Assembly: GCA_902634185.1 (NCBI GenBank)
Contig: CACPJC010000003.1
Coordinates: 96,001 to 160,000 of the forward strand
From: an uncultured Candidatus Actinomarina sp.
Lineage (GTDB): Bacteria; Actinomycetota; Acidimicrobiia; Actinomarinales; Actinomarinaceae
Direction of reading: 5' to 3'
DNA: 64,000 bases
The notes below the pieces were generated by a model. The model ran no database searches. It was not told the origin of the DNA and saw only the letters and a list, made by a program, of their open reading frames with translations. Shown here one piece after another: positions 8,515 through 18,515 of the stretch (its first letter is position 1; every line of letters begins with the position of its first letter). A program made the position numbers and the translations under genes.

Positions 8515-9382
8515 TAAGGGCTTTCCTTATTCCGACAAAGCTAGCAAAGAATCCAAAGCCAATAGTCGAAAACAACAAAATAAGAGTTAGATTTATCAAA
8601 TATGTGTCAGAAATAGCAATATCGAAAATACTTTCTGCAATAAATGATGTTTTTGAATACTGAATAAATCCCCAACCAAGACCCACAGCTATGCTTGTTC
8701 CAATTAAGGATTCGAAAACTGCTTCAAAAATAAAAGGAAGTCTTATGTATGTTGATGAAGCACCGATAGTTCTCATTATTTTTATTTCTTTTTTCTTTGC
8801 ATAAGCTGTAAGTCTTAACGTGTTGATAATTAAAATAAATGCTGCAAAGGCAATTAACGCAGCGAAGATTGTTGCAGATAAAACAAGTGTATCTGTTAAA
8901 CTCAAAAGGCGTTCAATCGCTTCTCCAGAAGCTCTAATCTCTTTTACAGCTGGGTTGCCATCCATTCTTTCAATAATCAATTTATAATCTGCAGGGTCAT
9001 TTAGATTTATACGTAAAGACGTTGGTAATATTTCAAAATCTACTTCTTGAAGTAATTCAGGTTGATCTTTGAATAATAATCTAAATTCATCCGAAGCCTC
9101 AGATTTCGAAAAATACTCTACCATCCTGACCTCTGGATAACTTTCTAAAGTATCTTGAAGTTGCTTATGTGCTGTAGAAGTTACCCTATCATCCAAAAAA
9201 ATAACAACATGAACCCCATTTTGCCAACGCGATGTATTGTTTTCAACGATTGCACGAGCAGAAAGTGTGGTAAAAACAAGAAATGAAGATACTAATACGG
9301 CGAGCATTGTTGCAATAACGAGTAATGGATTTCTTCTCATATTTATAAATGTATTTTTGAAAACATAGTTTAATTTTTTCAT
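8507..9382 (-). CDS. ftsX: Cell division permease
   Basis: Four-TM topology, EIKIMRTIGAS..YIRLPFIFE motif; follows ftsE. Confidence 0.93.
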   Translation of the reverse strand: MKKLNYVFKNTFINMRRNPLLVIATMLAVLVSSFLVFTTLSARAIVENNTSRWQNGVHVVIFLDDRVTSTAHKQLQDTLESYPEVRMVEYFSKSEASDEFRLLFKDQPELLQEVDFEILPTSLRINLNDPADYKLIIERMDGNPAVKEIRASGEAIERLLSLTDTLVLSATIFAALIAFAAFILIINTLRLTAYAKKKEIKIMRTIGASSTYIRLPFIFEAVFESLIGTSIAVGLGWGFIQYSKTSFIAESIFDIAISDTYLINLTLILLFSTIGFGFFASFVGIRKALND

Positions 9383-9388
9383 AAGTGC

Positions 9389-10066
9389 TTAAACATACCT
9401 TCCTTGATCTACATCACTCATTAATTTTCCATCTTTAAGTTGTAAAACTCTTTTTTTTCTTCTATTAACAATCGATGAATCATGAGTTGCCATTAAGACT
9501 GTTGTACCAGCCCTGTTTATTTTTTCTAATAATGTAATAATTTGAATGCTAAGTTCTGGATCTAAATTACCAGTTGGTTCGTCACATAAAAGGACAAGTG
9601 GGTTTGATGCTAAAGCTCTTGCTATACATGCTCTAGTTTGCTCTCCTCCTGAAAGTTGGCTTGGAAATTTATACATACTATCGTTTAATCCAACTAGATC
9701 TATCAATGTACTGGTCTTCTCATCAATTTCTTTTTCTTCAAAGCCAAGCACCTCAAGAGCAAAACTTATATTCTCAAAAGTTGTTCTATCTTCAAGAAGC
9801 TGTGGTTCTTGAGTAACAATTCCTAGTTTTCTTCTCAACAGTGGAATTTTCCACTTTGGCAAGCTTGTTACATCCATATCTACAACTTCTATTTCTCCTT
9901 TTGTCGGAGAATATTCTTTGTAAAGAAGTTTAAGTAAGGATGATTTTCCACTTCCAGAATGACCAATAAGATAGACAAATTCACCTTCTGAAATCTCTGT
10001 AGATACATTAGAAAGTGCAACACTTCCACCTTGAAAAACTAACGAAACATTATCTAACTTAATCAT
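9389..10066 (-). CDS. ftsE: Cell division ATP-binding protein
   Basis: GHSGSGKSS, LSGGEQ, LCDEPTGNLDP and GTTVLMATHD motifs. Confidence 0.93.
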   Translation of the reverse strand: MIKLDNVSLVFQGGSVALSNVSTEISEGEFVYLIGHSGSGKSSLLKLLYKEYSPTKGEIEVVDMDVTSLPKWKIPLLRRKLGIVTQEPQLLEDRTTFENISFALEVLGFEEKEIDEKTSTLIDLVGLNDSMYKFPSQLSGGEQTRACIARALASNPLVLLCDEPTGNLDPELSIQIITLLEKINRAGTTVLMATHDSSIVNRRKKRVLQLKDGKLMSDVDQGRYV

Positions 10067-11163
10067 TTAATCCCTGTCTACGCCATTTTAGATACTCATT
10101 GATAAATATGTTAATATCTCCATCTAAAACTGACTGAATATTTCCAACTTCAATATTTGTTCTTGAGTCTTTAACTTGTTGATAAGGTTGCATAACGTAT
10201 GACCTAATTTGCCTACCCCAGCCAGCTTCAACTTGTTCCCCTCGTATAGAATCAAGTTTTTTTAATTTTTCTTCTTTTTCTAACAGTATTAGTTTTGATT
10301 TTAGAAGGGCCAAAGCACGAACTTTGTTTTGTAATTGTGACCTTTCTGCCTGACAAGCAACTACTATTCCTGTAGGAATATGGGTAACTCTTACTGCTGA
10401 ATCGGTTGTATTTACATGTTGACCTCCAGCTCCAGAAGATCTATAAACATCAATACGGATGTCATCATCATTTAAATCAAACTCATCCGAATCATCAATT
10501 AATGGAATAACATCAACTCCTGCAAAACTAGTATGTCTTCTTTTGTTACTATCAAAAGGACTTATTCTAACTAATCTATGAACTCCTCTTTCACTTTCTA
10601 AATTTGCATAAGCTCTGAAACTTTCTACTCTTATCGATGCAGATTTTATTCCTGCTTCTTCTCCAGAAGAAATTTCCTCTATCTCATAGCTCATTTCTAT
10701 ACTATCTAAATATCTTGTGTACATTCTTAATAACATTTCTGCCCAGTCATGAGCATCAACACCTCCCGCACCAGCATTAACTGTAAGAACAGCTGAATGA
10801 TTATCGAACTCACTTGAGTACAGAGATTCTTCCTCTAGGTCTATAATCTTTTGCTCGATTTCTTCAAATTGAGGTTTTATTTCTTCCAGTTCAGATAGAT
10901 TATCTTTGCTTAATTCTGTTAATTCTTCCAAATCTTTAATCTCATTATCTAAAGTATTTAATAAATTAATTACTTTCTCAATGTTTGAAGCATTTTTAAC
11001 AATATTTTGAGGATTTGATATTTCTGACCAAAAATCTTTTTTTGAGATTATTATATTAAGTTTTTCTAGTTCTTCTTTTTTATTATCAAAGTCAAAGATA
11101 CTCCTTGGCAGAAGTTAATCTTTCTTTAAAATTTTTTATTTTGTTTCGGATATCTTTATACAT
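10059..11163 (-). CDS. prfB: Peptide chain release factor 2, with programmed +1 frameshift
   Basis: ATG at 11163 gives MYKDIRNKIKNFKERLTSAKEYL, then CTT TGA C. The +1 frame (DFDNKKEE...) joins ORF 10059..10931, which carries SPF and GGQ motifs. Confidence 0.95.
11091..11106 (-). promoter_or_regulatory. prfB frameshift cassette (internal SD plus slippery CUU-UGA-C)
   Basis: Minus strand reads AAGGAG TAT CTT TGA C. Confidence 0.93.
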
Positions 11164-13745
11164 CTATCATCTATTCCACATTTTTTATATTTAATCCCAC
11201 AACCCTCAGGACATGGATCATTTCTTCCAATTTTATCTTTATTATCAACATTTGATGTTTTTTTCTTTTCCTTGTCTAAATCATTATTTTCTTGTGAGAT
11301 TTTGTCAAAGTTTAATAAAAGTCTAACAACAGATAACTTAACATTGTGAATTAAATCTTCAAATAAATCATATCCTTCTTTTTGATATTCAACTAAAGGA
11401 TCTCTCTGACCCATTGCTCTTAATCCAATACCTGACCTGAGATAATCCATTTCTGAAAGGTGATTTTTCCAGGATTGATCTATAAACGAAAGTGAGCCCA
11501 TTCTTGCTAAATTCATGAAATTATTTTTGTCTGATTCGAAATTTTTATTGTACAGGGATTCCATACTTGATATTATTTCTAAATTATCATTTACTTCTAT
11601 GGTTTGCAATAACTGTTTTTTTACATTGTCAGATAAAATTAAACTTAATTCATTTTCAACGAAATTTCTATAATCTTCAAGTGTTTCATATTGTGTTTTG
11701 TAGTTATCAACATTATTTTGTAATTCGTCAAATATGTCATCTCTCCAATCAGTGATCAGATTTTCTATATTGTCGGACATGAGGAGTTCTCGTCTCCATT
11801 TATAAATTACATCTCTTTGTTGATTAAGAACCTGATCGAACTTAAGAACATTTTTTCTTATTTCAAAGTTTAATGATTCAACTTGTGCTTGAGCTCTTTC
11901 GATACTCTTAGTAACCATACTCTGCTCAATCTTTTCATCATCAGGCAAGTTGAGCTTATCCATAATTGATTGAATTCTTTCACCTTGGAATCTTCTCATT
12001 AAGTCGTCTTCAAGACTTATGTAAAATCTTGATTCGCCTGGATCACCCTGCCTTCCTGATCTCCCTCTTAATTGGTTATCAATTCTTCGAGATTCATGTC
12101 TTTCTGTCCCAATTACATAAAGACCTCCAAGTTCAATTACTTTTTCTTTTTCGTCATTGATCAAAGAATCAAATTTCGAAATTAACTCCTCCATATATTT
12201 TTTATCATCTACTTTGTTTTCTTTTTCAGCTTCATTTTTAGCCATAAATTCACTGTTACCACCTAATTTGATATCTACACCTCTTCCTGCCATATTCGTT
12301 GCAACGGTAACGGATTTTAATCGCCCGGCTTGAGCAATAATTGATGCTTCTTCTAAGTGATTTTTTGCATTTAAAACAGAATGCTTAATACTATTTTTTG
12401 TTAATTCTTTTGAAATTTCTTCTGATGAATCTACTGAGACTGTACCCAGTAAAACTGGTTGTCCAATTTCATGTCTTTTTTTTATATCATCTACAACTGC
12501 ATTTATTTTAGCTTTCTTAGTTTTGTAAACTGTGTCCTGATTGTCGTTTCTTGCTACTGGAAGATTGGTTGGAATCTCCACCACCTCAAGATTATATATC
12601 TGAATTAATTCCTCTTCTTCAGTTTTTGCCGTACCTGTCATACCAGATAGATGTTCATACATCCTAAAATAATTTTGATATGTGATCGATGCTAAAGTTT
12701 GGTTTTCATCCTGAATATTTACATTTTCTTTTGCCTCAATTGCTTGATGGAGTCCATCAGAATAACGCCTTCCCTCTAGAACACGTCCTGTAAATTCATC
12801 TACAATTTTTACCTGCCCATCAGATTTTATGTAATCAATATCCTTTTTATAAATTTCTTTAGCACGTAAAGAAGCTGTTAAATAATGAATAAAATTCGTT
12901 GATGTATTTTCATAAAGATTATCAATACCTAATTTTCCTTCAATAAATTCAATACCCACCTCGGTAGGGTGAATTTGTTTTTTTGATTCATCTACTTCAT
13001 AATGTATGTCTTTTTTCATTTGCTTAACTAATTTTGAAAATTGTAGATACCATTTCGTTGACTCCTCAACTCTTCCAGAAATAATTAAAGGTGTTCTGGC
13101 CTCGTCAACTAAGATTGAGTCAACTTCATCAATTACTGCGTAAAATAGGCTTCCTTGAGTTAGCTGTTCGGAGGATTGTGCCATGTTGTCTCTTAAATAA
13201 TCAAAACCAAATTCATTATTAGTTCCATAAACAATGTCTTTTTTATATTCTGAAACTTTTTCTTGGTAATCTTGATTTGAATAAATGAGGCCAACTTCAA
13301 GTCCTAAAAAGTTATAAATTGGACTCATCCATTCAGCATCTCTTCTTGATAGATAGTCATTCACTGTTACAACATGAACACTTTGATCAAAAAGTGACAT
13401 AAATGATATTGGAAGTGTAGAAACAAGTGTTTTACCTTCCCCTGTTTTCATCTCAGCTATTTTATTTCTTAATAAAACCATTCCACCAAACAACTGAACG
13501 TCATAATGGCGTTGACCAATTGTTCTTTTAGATGCTTCCCTTACTAAGGAAAATGCATCAACCTCAAAATCAAATTTGTTATCTGAAGTTATCTCATTTT
13601 TTAAATTTTGAAATTTATTTTTAATTTCATCGTCAGAATATTTTTCAACTTGAGATTCTTTAGAGTTAATTAACTCGACTTTTTTATCAAGCTCTTGTGC
13701 AAGTTTTCCACTTCCAACAGATAAAACTTTTTTAAAAATACTCAA
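11136..13745 (-). CDS. secA: Preprotein translocase ATPase
   Basis: EMKTGEGKTL, DEVDSILVDEARTPLIISG, VATNMAGRGVDI, RRIDNQLRGRSGRQGDPG and GRNDPC motifs. Confidence 0.98.
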   Translation of the reverse strand: MSIFKKVLSVGSGKLAQELDKKVELINSKESQVEKYSDDEIKNKFQNLKNEITSDNKFDFEVDAFSLVREASKRTIGQRHYDVQLFGGMVLLRNKIAEMKTGEGKTLVSTLPISFMSLFDQSVHVVTVNDYLSRRDAEWMSPIYNFLGLEVGLIYSNQDYQEKVSEYKKDIVYGTNNEFGFDYLRDNMAQSSEQLTQGSLFYAVIDEVDSILVDEARTPLIISGRVEESTKWYLQFSKLVKQMKKDIHYEVDESKKQIHPTEVGIEFIEGKLGIDNLYENTSTNFIHYLTASLRAKEIYKKDIDYIKSDGQVKIVDEFTGRVLEGRRYSDGLHQAIEAKENVNIQDENQTLASITYQNYFRMYEHLSGMTGTAKTEEEELIQIYNLEVVEIPTNLPVARNDNQDTVYKTKKAKINAVVDDIKKRHEIGQPVLLGTVSVDSSEEISKELTKNSIKHSVLNAKNHLEEASIIAQAGRLKSVTVATNMAGRGVDIKLGGNSEFMAKNEAEKENKVDDKKYMEELISKFDSLINDEKEKVIELGGLYVIGTERHESRRIDNQLRGRSGRQGDPGESRFYISLEDDLMRRFQGERIQSIMDKLNLPDDEKIEQSMVTKSIERAQAQVESLNFEIRKNVLKFDQVLNQQRDVIYKWRRELLMSDNIENLITDWRDDIFDELQNNVDNYKTQYETLEDYRNFVENELSLILSDNVKKQLLQTIEVNDNLEIISSMESLYNKNFESDKNNFMNLARMGSLSFIDQSWKNHLSEMDYLRSGIGLRAMGQRDPLVEYQKEGYDLFEDLIHNVKLSVVRLLLNFDKISQENNDLDKEKKKTSNVDNKDKIGRNDPCPEGCGIKYKKCGIDDRCIKISETK

Positions 13746-13747
13746 AT

Positions 13748-14992
13748 TTAGCTTGTGCCATGCTCCCAGGAGTCGAGATATTCAATTTGCTCTTTAGTAA
13801 GGATTTCTAATTCTCCACCCATGAGTCCTAATTTTGTAGCTGCAATTTTTAAATCAACTTCATTCGGAAGAGTATAAACTTTTGGCTCTAGGTCTTCATG
13901 ATTATCTTTTATCCATTCTGCAGCCAAGGCCTGGTTAGCAAATGACATATCCATCACTGAAGCAGGATGGCCAGTTGCAGCAGCTAAATTAACTAATCTT
14001 CCTTCAGCTAATACTAAAATTTCCTTACCATCGTACAAATAGCTTTCTACATGATCTCTAACTCTATGTACTTCAGCACTATCTTGTTTTAATGCTTCTA
14101 AATTGATTTCTACATCAAAATGTCCTGCATTAGCTAAAACTACTCCGTCTTTCATAACGTCAAAATGTTTCTTATCTAATGCATGCATGTTTCCTGTTAC
14201 AGATACAATTACATCAGCAATTTTTGCAGCATTAACACTACTTTTTACTTCATATCCATGCATTAAAGCTTCTAGAGCACGTACAGAGTTAGGCTCAACG
14301 ATTGTTACTTTAGCACCCATTCCATATGCTCGTTCTGCTACTCCTTTTCCACAATCTCCAAAACCAATCACAACAACATCTAAACCAGCAATCAAGAGAT
14401 CTGTTGCTCTTACAACACCATCCATAGCACTTTGACCTGTTCCAAATCGATTATCAAATAAATGCTTCGTGTCAGAGTCATTTACAGCAACGACAGGAAA
14501 GCGAAGTTTATTATTTTTTTCCATTGACTTCAGTCTTATTACTCCGGTAGTTGTTTCTTCCATTGAACCCATAACTGGTAAGTCAGATCTATCAGTTAAA
14601 AGTAAAGTAACTAAATCAGCTCCATCATCCATCGTTATGTCAGGTTTTGTGTCTAAAACAGAATTAAGATGCTTAAAGAATTCATCATTTGATACTCCAT
14701 GTACTGCATGTACTTCAACATCATTTTCAGCAAGATAGGCAGCGACTGAATCTTTAGTTGATAGTGGGTTCGACGCACACAATGCAACGTTTGCCCCAGC
14801 AGCTTTTAAAGTAAGCATTAAATTAGCTGTTTCTTTTGTTACGTGCATACATGCACCTATATTCAAACCATTTAATGGCTTATTACTTGAGAACTCTGTT
14901 TTAATTTCTTCAAGAACTTTCATTTGTCTAGCAGCCCAATCAACTTCTTGCTGGCCTACTGCTGATAGATTTTTGTCTTTTATAGTAGACAT
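13748..14992 (-). CDS. ahcY: Adenosylhomocysteinase (short form)
   Basis: SNPLSTKD, EETTTGV, KHLFDNRFGTGQS and EGRLVNLAAATGHP motifs. Confidence 0.96.
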   Translation of the reverse strand: MSTIKDKNLSAVGQQEVDWAARQMKVLEEIKTEFSSNKPLNGLNIGACMHVTKETANLMLTLKAAGANVALCASNPLSTKDSVAAYLAENDVEVHAVHGVSNDEFFKHLNSVLDTKPDITMDDGADLVTLLLTDRSDLPVMGSMEETTTGVIRLKSMEKNNKLRFPVVAVNDSDTKHLFDNRFGTGQSAMDGVVRATDLLIAGLDVVVIGFGDCGKGVAERAYGMGAKVTIVEPNSVRALEALMHGYEVKSSVNAAKIADVIVSVTGNMHALDKKHFDVMKDGVVLANAGHFDVEINLEALKQDSAEVHRVRDHVESYLYDGKEILVLAEGRLVNLAAATGHPASVMDMSFANQALAAEWIKDNHEDLEPKVYTLPNEVDLKIAATKLGLMGGELEILTKEQIEYLDSWEHGTS

Positions 14993-15987
14993 TATCCTCC
15001 TAGTAATTTTTTTAAATTTTCAATTGTATCAATATTTTCTGGATTAATAGTTAATTTGTTTGCTAAGTTTAAACTAACTAAATCACCTAGTAATACTAAC
15101 TCCAATAGGGTTTTTAGTGTACTTTCCTGATTTTTTAAATTAACTTCAAAAATATTTACCTTCTCTCCTATCAATTCTTTGGTAAATTCAAATCTTTTAC
15201 TTATTTGTGCATGTTCATTTTTATCCCGAATCAGAATAACAATATAATTTTTTTTACTTCCATCTATGTCTGCATCCCATGAGAGAATTTCATTGTGATG
15301 TACCTCTGGTAGATAACCAACAAAAGCTTTGGATTTTGAGTTCTCATTAATCTGAGTTTTCCAACGTGACGATACAACCTTTGACATATTGGTTCCTGAA
15401 TATAAAATTACAGTTTTCTTGTTGATACTTTCACATATATTTAAAGAAAATTTGTTGATATCAGACTCTTCAGCGTTTTCAGATAGTTTATCCAAATATG
15501 AACTTGCTTCATTCAATTGAGATACATAATCTGAACCTTCAACAATATCTAAAATTCTTGAAATAGCTAAAGTAAGATATCCAAATGCTGCCCTTGGTTG
15601 TAGTCCACTTGGTATCTTAATATACTCTTTACCTTCTTCTTGAGCGATATCTATTAACTTGCCGCCGCTTGAAATAACTATCCAATCTAAATTATTTTTT
15701 TTGGCATCAGATATACCTGATAACGTTTCTTCTGTGTTGCCAGAATATGAAATAAATAAACATAAAGGTCTAAATTTTAAAAACTGTTTTGGGATTGAAT
15801 AATCTTTGTGAATAATTATATTTTTGTCAGATATTTCATTAGAAAGTACTTTCATCACATCTCCTGCTACACCTGAACCACCCATTCCCATAATTAATAA
15901 ATTCTCATATGAAATTTTTTCTAGATTACTAGAAGACTCAAGATCAGATATTATTTGATTTTTTAGGTCGAATGCGATATTTAACAT
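14992..15987 (-). CDS. Bifunctional phosphoglucose/phosphomannose isomerase (SIS)
   Basis: GMGGSG, SYSGNTEET, QPRAA, RWKTQINENSK and PEVHHNEI motifs. Confidence 0.9.
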   Translation of the reverse strand: MLNIAFDLKNQIISDLESSSNLEKISYENLLIMGMGGSGVAGDVMKVLSNEISDKNIIIHKDYSIPKQFLKFRPLCLFISYSGNTEETLSGISDAKKNNLDWIVISSGGKLIDIAQEEGKEYIKIPSGLQPRAAFGYLTLAISRILDIVEGSDYVSQLNEASSYLDKLSENAEESDINKFSLNICESINKKTVILYSGTNMSKVVSSRWKTQINENSKSKAFVGYLPEVHHNEILSWDADIDGSKKNYIVILIRDKNEHAQISKRFEFTKELIGEKVNIFEVNLKNQESTLKTLLELVLLGDLVSLNLANKLTINPENIDTIENLKKLLGG

Positions 15988-15990
15988 CTA

Positions 15991-17328
15991 TTAATCTATT
16001 ATATTTGAAATTTTTTCAATGATGCTGTCTAAAGTTTTTTGATTGATTGCTTCTGCATTTAATCTAAGCATGGGCTCGGTATTAGATCCCCTCACGTTAA
16101 ACCAAAAGTCATCAGAAAAATATGATATTCCATCTAATTTATCAAATTCACCCTCAAAAGAATTTTCAATTTTTTTTAAACTTGTCTCTACATCTTCGAC
16201 AATGTAATTTATTTCACCAGATGAAGGCTTAAAGTTGTAATTTTGTACAAGTTCTGAACTTTTAATTTTTTTCTCAGATAATATTTTTAAAAATATTAAT
16301 AATGTCAATATTCCAGAATCAGCATAAAAATTTTCTCTCAAATAAAAATGAGCGCTGTGTTCTCCACCAAAATCTGCGTCATTATCTCTCATAATTTTTT
16401 TTATGTATGAATGACCAACTTTAGATCTTATTGTCTTTATTCCTTTATTTTTTAAATATTCAATAACAGATGGTTGAACATTTACATTATGAACTATCTT
16501 TATTTCAGATTTCTTTTCAAATAACCAATCAGAGATTAAACAAGTCATCATACTTCCACTAATTACGTTTCCTTTGTCATCGACAAATACAGATCTATCA
16601 GCATCTCCATCGAAAGCAACTCCAAAATCAAAATTTTGTGATAATACTTTATTCTTTAAATCTAAGAGATTGTCTTGGTTTGAAGGATCTGCTGGATGAT
16701 TTGGGAAGTTGCCATCTACTTCCATATAAAGACCTTCAAAATTTAAACTAAACGATTCTGCTAGATCTTCAATAATTGCACCAAGAACACCATTTCCACC
16801 ATCAATAGCAAATTTCACTTTGTCACTTATTTCAGATGGATCAACTATATTTTTAAAATGTTCTAGATAAAGTTGATTCATAGTTTTCATTTCAGGCAAT
16901 TCTGACATATTTAAATCATCATTAAATTTTTCTGCTAAATTCTTGATTTCTTTTAATCCTGTTTCTTGACCGATCGCCACTGCTCCACTGTCGCAAAACT
17001 TTAAACCTGTGTACTCTTTTGGATTGTGAGATGCTGTAATAATCAAACCAGGTAAATTCTTAATACCAGAAAGCGTATAAACAACATCTGTTGGAACCAT
17101 ACCAACATACAATACTTTTTTATTGACTGATTGTATTCCAGAACTTATAGCTGCGAACATTTCATTATTTGAAATACGGCCGTCATGTCCGACAATAATT
17201 TCATTTGAATCTACATAAGAAGCAAAAGCTGCGCCTATTTTAAAACCAACTTTTGGTGTAATTGTTTCATTAAAAACACCTCTTACATCGTAAGCTTTAA
17301 AAATTAAATCTAGTTTATTTTCATCCAC
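15991..17328 (-). CDS. manB: Phosphomannomutase/phosphoglucomutase
   Basis: IFKAYDVRG, ITASHNP, FDGDADR, GGEHSAH and RGSNTEP motifs. Confidence 0.9.
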   Translation of the reverse strand: MDENKLDLIFKAYDVRGVFNETITPKVGFKIGAAFASYVDSNEIIVGHDGRISNNEMFAAISSGIQSVNKKVLYVGMVPTDVVYTLSGIKNLPGLIITASHNPKEYTGLKFCDSGAVAIGQETGLKEIKNLAEKFNDDLNMSELPEMKTMNQLYLEHFKNIVDPSEISDKVKFAIDGGNGVLGAIIEDLAESFSLNFEGLYMEVDGNFPNHPADPSNQDNLLDLKNKVLSQNFDFGVAFDGDADRSVFVDDKGNVISGSMMTCLISDWLFEKKSEIKIVHNVNVQPSVIEYLKNKGIKTIRSKVGHSYIKKIMRDNDADFGGEHSAHFYLRENFYADSGILTLLIFLKILSEKKIKSSELVQNYNFKPSSGEINYIVEDVETSLKKIENSFEGEFDKLDGISYFSDDFWFNVRGSNTEPMLRLNAEAINQKTLDSIIEKISNIID

Positions 17329-17364
17329 TCCATATGTATTGTAATGTTTATGAAAATGAACAGC

Positions 17365-18084
17365 ATGATTAATAATTTTTCAGTTGTAATACCAGTATTT
17401 AATGAAGAAGAGATCTTTTTAGAATCTGCTAATAAAATTTTCAAAATTTGCCAAGAGATGAATATGCCGTTTGAAATTATTTTTTCCGAAAACGGGTCTT
17501 TAGACAACACAAAAAATCTCATTCAGGCCTTTATAGAAGATAAAGAAAATTGTTTTACGATAAATAGCAATTATGCAAACTATGGTCTTGCGTTAAAAAA
17601 TGGATTTGAAATTGCAAAAAATGATATTGTAATATCATTTGATATTGATTATTTTTCAAAAAAATTTCTTAAGCAATCATTGGAACTAGATGAGAATTAC
17701 GTAGCACTAGTTGCATCGAAAAGATTAAATGAATCTAAAGATGAAAGAACATTTATCAGAAAAATAGCAACATCAATATTTGTATTAATTTTAAAACTTT
17801 TATTTCGAACCTCACTAAGTGATACTCATGGAATGAAAGCTATAAGAAGATATAATATTCAAAAAGAAATCAATAACGTTATTTCAACACAAGATATTTT
17901 TGATACTGAACTTTTAATTAGAATAGAAAAATCAGGTTACAAAATTCTTGAAGTGCCTGCAAAAGTAAATGAGATTAGACCAAGTGTGTCTGTTATTTTT
18001 ACAAGAATTCCTAGAACACTAAAAAGTTTATTTTTTTTACGGCTTCAATTATTTAAAGAGTCTTTAAATACAAACAATTTGTAA
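17365..18084 (+). CDS. GT2 glycosyltransferase (polyprenol-phosphate sugar synthase-like)
   Basis: SVVIPVFNEE, ENGSLDNT, FDID (DxD) and FDTELL motifs. The start could be one of several upstream ATGs back to 17344. Confidence 0.8.
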   Translation: MINNFSVVIPVFNEEEIFLESANKIFKICQEMNMPFEIIFSENGSLDNTKNLIQAFIEDKENCFTINSNYANYGLALKNGFEIAKNDIVISFDIDYFSKKFLKQSLELDENYVALVASKRLNESKDERTFIRKIATSIFVLILKLLFRTSLSDTHGMKAIRRYNIQKEINNVISTQDIFDTELLIRIEKSGYKILEVPAKVNEIRPSVSVIFTRIPRTLKSLFFLRLQLFKESLNTNNL

Positions 18085-18515
18085 ATTAAATATTTGATGG
18101 GAAGAATAAATCCATGTATCAAAACAGTTGCTATAAGAAATTGTATTTCGTTATCTTGAATTGATGGTCTGATCAAGTCTATTAAAAACCATATAAACAA
18201 TGGAACAACTAAGTTGATTAAATTAGTAATCAAAAATTTAACAAATTCTTTTAATCCCCCCTCATATATAGATAATTTAAAAATAATTCGTCTAGACAAA
18301 AAATATGAAACTATAACTCCAATTGAAAAAGCAAAAATATTTGTTAAATAAGTTCTTAAAGGAATCTCAATTGAATAAAAAACAAAAAATTGAAATAAAT
18401 AGCTTATTCCAAGACCAAATACTAAATTGAATCCACCAACAATATACGTTCTTAATAGTTGCGCATAGGTGGAATCACCTCTTAATAAATTTGAATTTTT
18501 AAGTTTTTTTAACAT
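18045..18515 (-). CDS. GtrA-family membrane protein (putative lipid-linked sugar flippase)
   Basis: Four TM segments, QLLRTYIVGG, SYFLSRRIIF and C-terminal KLFVFK pattern. Confidence 0.7.
   Translation of the reverse strand: MLKKLKNSNLLRGDSTYAQLLRTYIVGGFNLVFGLGISYLFQFFVFYSIEIPLRTYLTNIFAFSIGVIVSYFLSRRIIFKLSIYEGGLKEFVKFLITNLINLVVPLFIWFLIDLIRPSIQDNEIQFLIATVLIHGFILPIKYLIYKLFVFKDSLNN

Noticed and set aside
10059-10931. N-terminally truncated prfB as given by the ORF track
   Set aside because: Explained by the programmed frameshift; the true start is 11163.
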